Shown piece after piece: positions 49,936-53,635 of a stretch of DNA of 53,635 nucleotides. The stretch comes from Lentisphaerota bacterium (GTDB lineage: Bacteria; Verrucomicrobiota; Kiritimatiellia; UBA8416; JAQBFJ01), in contig JBFZFB010000091.1 of assembly GCA_041306605.1 (NCBI GenBank), positions 1 through 53,635 of the forward strand, in the 5' to 3' direction. A program made the translations under genes and the position numbers. Positions within the stretch are counted from its first letter, which is position 1. Every line of letters starts with the position of its first letter. The notes under the pieces are model-generated. The model saw nothing but the letters and a program-made list of their open reading frames with translations. It was not told the DNA's origin and did no database searches.

Positions 49936-51393
49936 TTAATTATCCTTCTTTATAGGTGCAGTGAAAATCTCATCAAGTCCGCTGGTTCCGCCTTTTTCCA
50001 GCAAACCTGTGGAATGGGCCAGGTTCGCGAGAGTCAGGAAAACATCTTGACGGGCGGCGGTGTTCAGGGCGCGCGCCTGCGCCAGCTGTGTTTCGGCATT
50101 CAGAAGATCAAGGATATTGATCAGTTGTCCTTTGTAACTCTCCAGTGCAAGGTCGTAAGAAGCCGAAGCGCTTTTGAGCAGAGCCGTGCTGAACTTGTAT
50201 TTCTGAAGTGATGTTTCGTAATTGTTGTATTTGTTCCATACATCGGCCGAAGCGGCAAGTTCGGCCTGCTGAAGCTGGGCTTCCATTGATTCCGACAGGG
50301 CAATTGCCGTGCGTTTCTCACTGGTGTTCTGCATGCCGTCAAAAAGTGTCCATTGCAGACTTAACGCACCGCCGAAGGTTGTATCGTTTTCCTGCATATC
50401 TTTTCCTGTAGCGGCGTCGTAGTAATTGCGGTTTACGGAACCGTTGAAATAGAGAGACGGCCAGAATGAGGCGCTTGCCACTTTTACTGCCGCTTGTTTC
50501 GCGGTCAGCATTGCCCGCAAGGCCGAAATATCAGGGCGGCGATTCAGAGAATCGTCTATCAGTTTTCTCATATCCTGTGTGATAATTGATTCAGGAATTT
50601 CGCCTGATGGCTGTGCCAGTTGTATTTCCGTGTCAGCCGGGACCCCGATAACTTGAGCGAGGTTGGCGCGCGCTGTTTTGTAAAGACCCTGCGCTCCGGC
50701 CAGATTGTAGAGTGATTGATCATATCCGGCCTGCGCCCTCATGACATCCAGATCGGTAGCGCTTCCCTGCTTCCTTCGTTCCTGAGCTATTTCAAGCGTC
50801 TTTTGAGAATCCTTGACGCTTGCATCGGCGGCTTCGATTCCGGATTTGGCGCTGATTACGCTGTAATATGATATTTCTGCCGCCAGCAGTATGTCTTGAA
50901 TTGATTTGTTGAAATTAAAATCCGCGGCGTAAACTGTCTGTAAAGCCTGCTCCACGGCCGCCTTCCGGCCGCCGCCGAAATTGATGATAAGATAATTCAC
51001 CTGAAGGCCGGGTCCGTATTTGGTGTAGTCGGAATCAAACCCCTCCGGACTTGCAGTTGTTTGTTGGCGGCTTTCTGAAGCTATGGCCTTTATTTCCGGC
51101 ATGAAATAGCCGCGCGCGAAGGTAACCTGTTCGGCGGCGGCGCGTGCTTCGTTCCATGTTTTGCGGCTTGCCGGATTGTTTTTAAGGGCTATATCCGTCA
51201 ATTCCGCGAGCGTAAGCGGCTTTGAGAAATCAAGTTTCTGTCCACGCAAGTTGCTCCATACCGTATCCGGTTTTTCTGCATTTGCGGGAGGCGTCCATTT
51301 TGTTGATGCGTCTTCAGGTATCGGCGAAGATGCGCATCCGGTCATAATAAAAACAGAGCCGATTATTGAAAGCACTAAAAATTCAGATTTCAC
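49936..51393 (-). CDS. Outer membrane factor (TolC/NodT family) lipoprotein
   Basis: Lipobox IMTGCAS. Two OEP repeats with typical LTLAELTDIALKNNP and YDQSLYN patterns. Confidence 0.9.
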   Translation of the reverse strand: MKSEFLVLSIIGSVFIMTGCASSPIPEDASTKWTPPANAEKPDTVWSNLRGQKLDFSKPLTLAELTDIALKNNPASRKTWNEARAAAEQVTFARGYFMPEIKAIASESRQQTTASPEGFDSDYTKYGPGLQVNYLIINFGGGRKAAVEQALQTVYAADFNFNKSIQDILLAAEISYYSVISAKSGIEAADASVKDSQKTLEIAQERRKQGSATDLDVMRAQAGYDQSLYNLAGAQGLYKTARANLAQVIGVPADTEIQLAQPSGEIPESIITQDMRKLIDDSLNRRPDISALRAMLTAKQAAVKVASASFWPSLYFNGSVNRNYYDAATGKDMQENDTTFGGALSLQWTLFDGMQNTSEKRTAIALSESMEAQLQQAELAASADVWNKYNNYETSLQKYKFSTALLKSASASYDLALESYKGQLINILDLLNAETQLAQARALNTAARQDVFLTLANLAHSTGLLEKGGTSGLDEIFTAPIKKDN

Positions 51394-51395
51394 TT

Positions 51396-52007
51396 TTACC
51401 CCTTTTTCCCTTTGTGTTCTGATGTCGTGGCTTTAAGAATCATCTCCACTACGGTTTTAACGTAGGTTTCCGGCTTGACGGTGTTGAAGCTGAATACTGT
51501 TTTAAAGAATATATAATGTACCAGAGTGCCTATGAATATTTGAGCGTAGACTTGGGGGTTGTCCATTTTCAGTCTGCCCAGCCGGACTTCTTCACGGAAG
51601 AAATTCCCCAGCACTTTCATTCGCTGGACGGGGGGAGGGACTCCGTCATGTTCACAGTGTTTCGGACTTTTGATGGTGAAGCCTCTTGATCTGACCATGA
51701 TCATGCATGGCAGTACAATTTGCAGGTGTTCCAGAATCTGCATTCCGATGGCTGTAAGATTTTTGCGAAGGTTGCCGTGTCCGGCGGATTTCATCAGGTT
51801 CTCTTCCCATGACGATATACTGGCGTCTGTTTCCATTGCCGCCATGAAGAGGTCGTTTTTGGTTTTGAAGTGTTTAAAGAGAGATCCTTCAGAGACGCCT
51901 GCTTCCTCTGACACTTGTTTTGTGCCGGCGCCGTAGCCGTGCCGGAGAAAGACTTTCCGCGCGGCTTGAAGTATGGCTTCCCTGTTTATGGATGTTGGTC
52001 TGGACAT
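51396..52007 (-). CDS. TetR/AcrR-family transcriptional regulator
   Basis: N-terminal HTH ILQAARKVFLRHGYGAGTKQVSEEAGVSEGSLFKHFKTKNDLF. AAGGAG RBS. First gene of the efflux operon. Confidence 0.9.
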   Translation of the reverse strand: MSRPTSINREAILQAARKVFLRHGYGAGTKQVSEEAGVSEGSLFKHFKTKNDLFMAAMETDASISSWEENLMKSAGHGNLRKNLTAIGMQILEHLQIVLPCMIMVRSRGFTIKSPKHCEHDGVPPPVQRMKVLGNFFREEVRLGRLKMDNPQVYAQIFIGTLVHYIFFKTVFSFNTVKPETYVKTVVEMILKATTSEHKGKKG

Positions 52008-52022
52008 CTATCTCCTTTTATA

Positions 52023-52036
52023 AGTAAGTACTCACT
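52023..52036. promoter_or_regulatory. Candidate TetR operator (14-bp near-palindrome AGTAAGTACTCACT)
   Basis: Half-sites AGTAAGT / AGTGAGT (reverse complement) around a central GT|AC, 16-29 nt upstream of the tetR ATG and adjacent to the RBS. Confidence 0.35.
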
Positions 52037-52094
52037 CAATAATACAAACCGGTTGTCATGTCAAATGTTTTTTGAGCGCAGTATCGGGAAATCA

Positions 52095-52243
52095 TTTTAA
52101 AACAAGCGCGGGATGGCTGTTTTTGTATAGGGGAGACCCGGCGCGAGACGGGGTCTATTGGGATCGCGGTTTCTCGACATGATTCTTTAGCTCGTCGGTG
52201 AGGGCATCCCAGAGATGAGGATGGGATTCGATCAGTCGGGCGA
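52095..52243. repeat. 149-bp direct repeat, copy 1 (3' end of the NTase gene plus downstream sequence)
   Basis: Aligns without indels to 52970-53118 (constant offset of 875 bp), with roughly a dozen mismatches by eye. Confidence 0.9.
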
Positions 52244-52694
52244 TATCTGCGAGGTCTTTGATTCTCTTGCTCTGTCTGCGTTTCGAGTCAGACCACGCCC
52301 TGATCTTGCCTTGGAGCGTGTCTTCCAGCGATGCAACGCGGAGAAGGATGCCGTGGACATCGGCAGCAACGGAGCGTGATGGAAAATCCCGATAGAAGTC
52401 TTCGGTGCTGAGCTGAACGCTGACCGCAGAAGTGCCTTTGAAATTGACAGACCATTCGAACGTCTCTGCAGCAAAGCCTGCACCTTTAAGAATAGAAATG
52501 GTGCGTTCTATTGCATCTGAAGCGACCACCAAATCCACGTCCTGAGTGACCATGGGGTGCTCTGCCCAATGGTTTACTGCTACGCCACCAATAGCGCACC
52601 AGGGAATGTCGGCCTTCTCAAGGGTGGCAACGAGCTTCATAACGTCGTCCGCGCCACCGGAGGTCTGCCAGTCAAAGAATTCTTTCGCTGTCAT
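52155..52694 (-). CDS. Minimal nucleotidyltransferase-fold protein, solo paralog
   Basis: AIGGVAVNHWAEHPMVTQDVDLVV (GG..DVD) and LEDTLQGKIRAW...RIKDLADIARLI parallel the 44651-45211 protein. No partner ORF nearby. Confidence 0.7.
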   Translation of the reverse strand: MTAKEFFDWQTSGGADDVMKLVATLEKADIPWCAIGGVAVNHWAEHPMVTQDVDLVVASDAIERTISILKGAGFAAETFEWSVNFKGTSAVSVQLSTEDFYRDFPSRSVAADVHGILLRVASLEDTLQGKIRAWSDSKRRQSKRIKDLADIARLIESHPHLWDALTDELKNHVEKPRSQ

Positions 52695-52869
52695 GGAGTC
52701 AATCTAACAAAAATGGGTGTCCAGCGCCATTCTTTTTTGCCCCAACTTTCGTGCACGCCTGTCCAAAATAGAATTTCCTGGACAGTATTTGACAACCTGA
52801 AATCGCAAAACCTGACCAATACTCGAATTTCTTAGAAAAAGAGTGCTGATTTATGGAGAATGGATTTAA

Positions 52870-52969
52870 CCCATATTTTGCGTTTAAGAAACATCTTGCC
52901 GGGCAAGATGTGGCAAGGATAAGGATTTTAACATCAATGCAGTTATCGATGGATGTCGCAAAATGCGGG
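52870..52969. mobile_element. MITE-like element, copy C (short form, 100 bp, both TIRs)
   Basis: CCCATATTTTGCG ... CGCAAAATGCGGG termini. Internal perfect hairpin ACATCTTGCC-G-GGCAAGATGT (52891-52911). Flanks TTTAA / TTTTA. About 85-90 percent identical to copy A over the shared 88 bp, by eye. Confidence 0.6.
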
Positions 52970-53118
52970 TTTTAAAACAAGCGCGGGATGGCTGTTTTTG
53001 TGCAGGGAAGACCCGGCGCGAAACGGGGTCTATTTGGATCGCGGTTTCTCGACCTGACTCTTTAGCTCGTCGGTGAGGGCATCCCAGAGATGAGGATGGG
53101 ATTCGATCAGTCGGGCGA
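52970..53118. repeat. 149-bp direct repeat, copy 2
   Basis: See 52095-52243. Begins exactly at the right end of MITE copy C. Confidence 0.9.
53030..53118 (-). pseudogene. C-terminal remnant (about 29 codons) of a nucleotidyltransferase paralog
   Basis: Reverse strand reads ...LIESHPHLWDALTDELKSQVEKPRSK*, matching the C-terminus of the 52155-52694 protein. Similarity ends abruptly at 53118 and there is no upstream coding body. Confidence 0.6.
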
Positions 53119-53199
53119 GGAATTATTCCCTAAACCCTCCCTGTCTGAGTAGTTACGTGCATTTTTTTGAATCCCATTCAGCGAACAACAATATCCGGG

Positions 53200-53635
53200 T
53201 TAAAGATTTTTTAGCAGGTTCTGAGTCCAATCTTTGGCTCTTTGAAGATTGTTTTCCCGGTTTTTCTTTAGCGGGTCCTGAAAATCGATTTCGCCTAGTA
53301 CCTGATTATTTTTCAGTGCGTCTTTCATCTTTTGGAAAATACCGCCTTTTCCGCCGCCGTGACAGCAGAAGAGTGCTATTTTTTTGTCTGATAATGGATG
53401 CGAGGTGAAGAATGAGTTTAATGGCGGGGCATAAGTCCATGCCCATACTGGTGTTCCGATAAACAGAACATCATATTCTTGAGGATCTTTATCAAGAGGA
53501 AGTAGTTCCGGCTTGCTTTTCATCATAGCCGCCTTGCCGCCCCAGACGTATTTCATAAATCCTTTTGATGGTATTTCGTTTTTTGGTTTCAATTCAAGCA
53601 GGTAGGCGCCTGCTGTTTTGGCGATTTGTTCGGCA
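53200..53635 (-). CDS. Flavodoxin-family protein (5' end beyond the window edge)
   Basis: DVLFIGTPVWAWTYAPPLNSFF and ALFCCHGGGKGG. The frame stays open upstream of the track TTG (…AEQIAKTAGAYLLELKPK…) to the window edge, so the gene is partial here. Confidence 0.75.
   Translation of the reverse strand, partial: AEQIAKTAGAYLLELKPKNEIPSKGFMKYVWGGKAAMMKSKPELLPLDKDPQEYDVLFIGTPVWAWTYAPPLNSFFTSHPLSDKKIALFCCHGGGKGGIFQKMKDALKNNQVLGEIDFQDPLKKNRENNLQRAKDWTQNLLKNL

Overview
Dense bacterial chromosomal window with genes on both strands. The backbone is housekeeping: queG, aroK, gmhB, a UDP-glucuronate decarboxylase, gyrB-gyrA, efp-epmA, rplU-obg, thrC-thrB, grpE-dnaJ, rsmE, def, citrate synthase, leuC-leuD, dtd, yjbQ, a parvulin PPIase and a two-component pair. 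It also carries envelope glycosylation genes: three GT4 glycosyltransferases and a DUF2723 GT-C / UbiA / GT2 polyprenyl-phosphate module. Gene content fits a Gram-negative environmental bacterium, possibly PVC-like, but I cannot assign lineage from sequence alone.

Three accessory patches stand out.
1. 0.3-3.2 kb: a compact type II restriction-modification pair (C5 methyltransferase then nuclease, overlapping). It is flanked by a 73-bp tandem repeat and an orphan gene fragment.
2. 8.2-8.8 kb: a decayed GxxExxY-family gene with local repeats.
3. 44.0-53.2 kb: a mosaic region starting at tRNA-Pro(GGG). The tRNA 3' end is repeated twice downstream. The repeats bracket an integrase-less two-gene cassette (minimal nucleotidyltransferase plus a 109-aa basic partner), which is my best candidate for an undescribed toxin-antitoxin or defence-like system. 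This is followed by a tetR-OMF-MFP-RND efflux operon, a second solo nucleotidyltransferase paralog and a 149-bp duplication.

A previously unannotated MITE-like element (TIR CCCAYATTTTGCG) occurs three times, at 17.6, 45.5 and 52.9 kb. One copy sits exactly between two convergent genes and has a perfect 5-bp target duplication that regenerates both stop codons.

Smaller observations: a 36-aa Arg/Lys-rich micro-ORF, a G-tract/A-tract array in the gyrB-efp intergenic region, a tandem 15-mer abutting the grpE promoter, and a palindromic operator candidate upstream of tetR. All homology calls come from motif recognition by eye; no searches were run.
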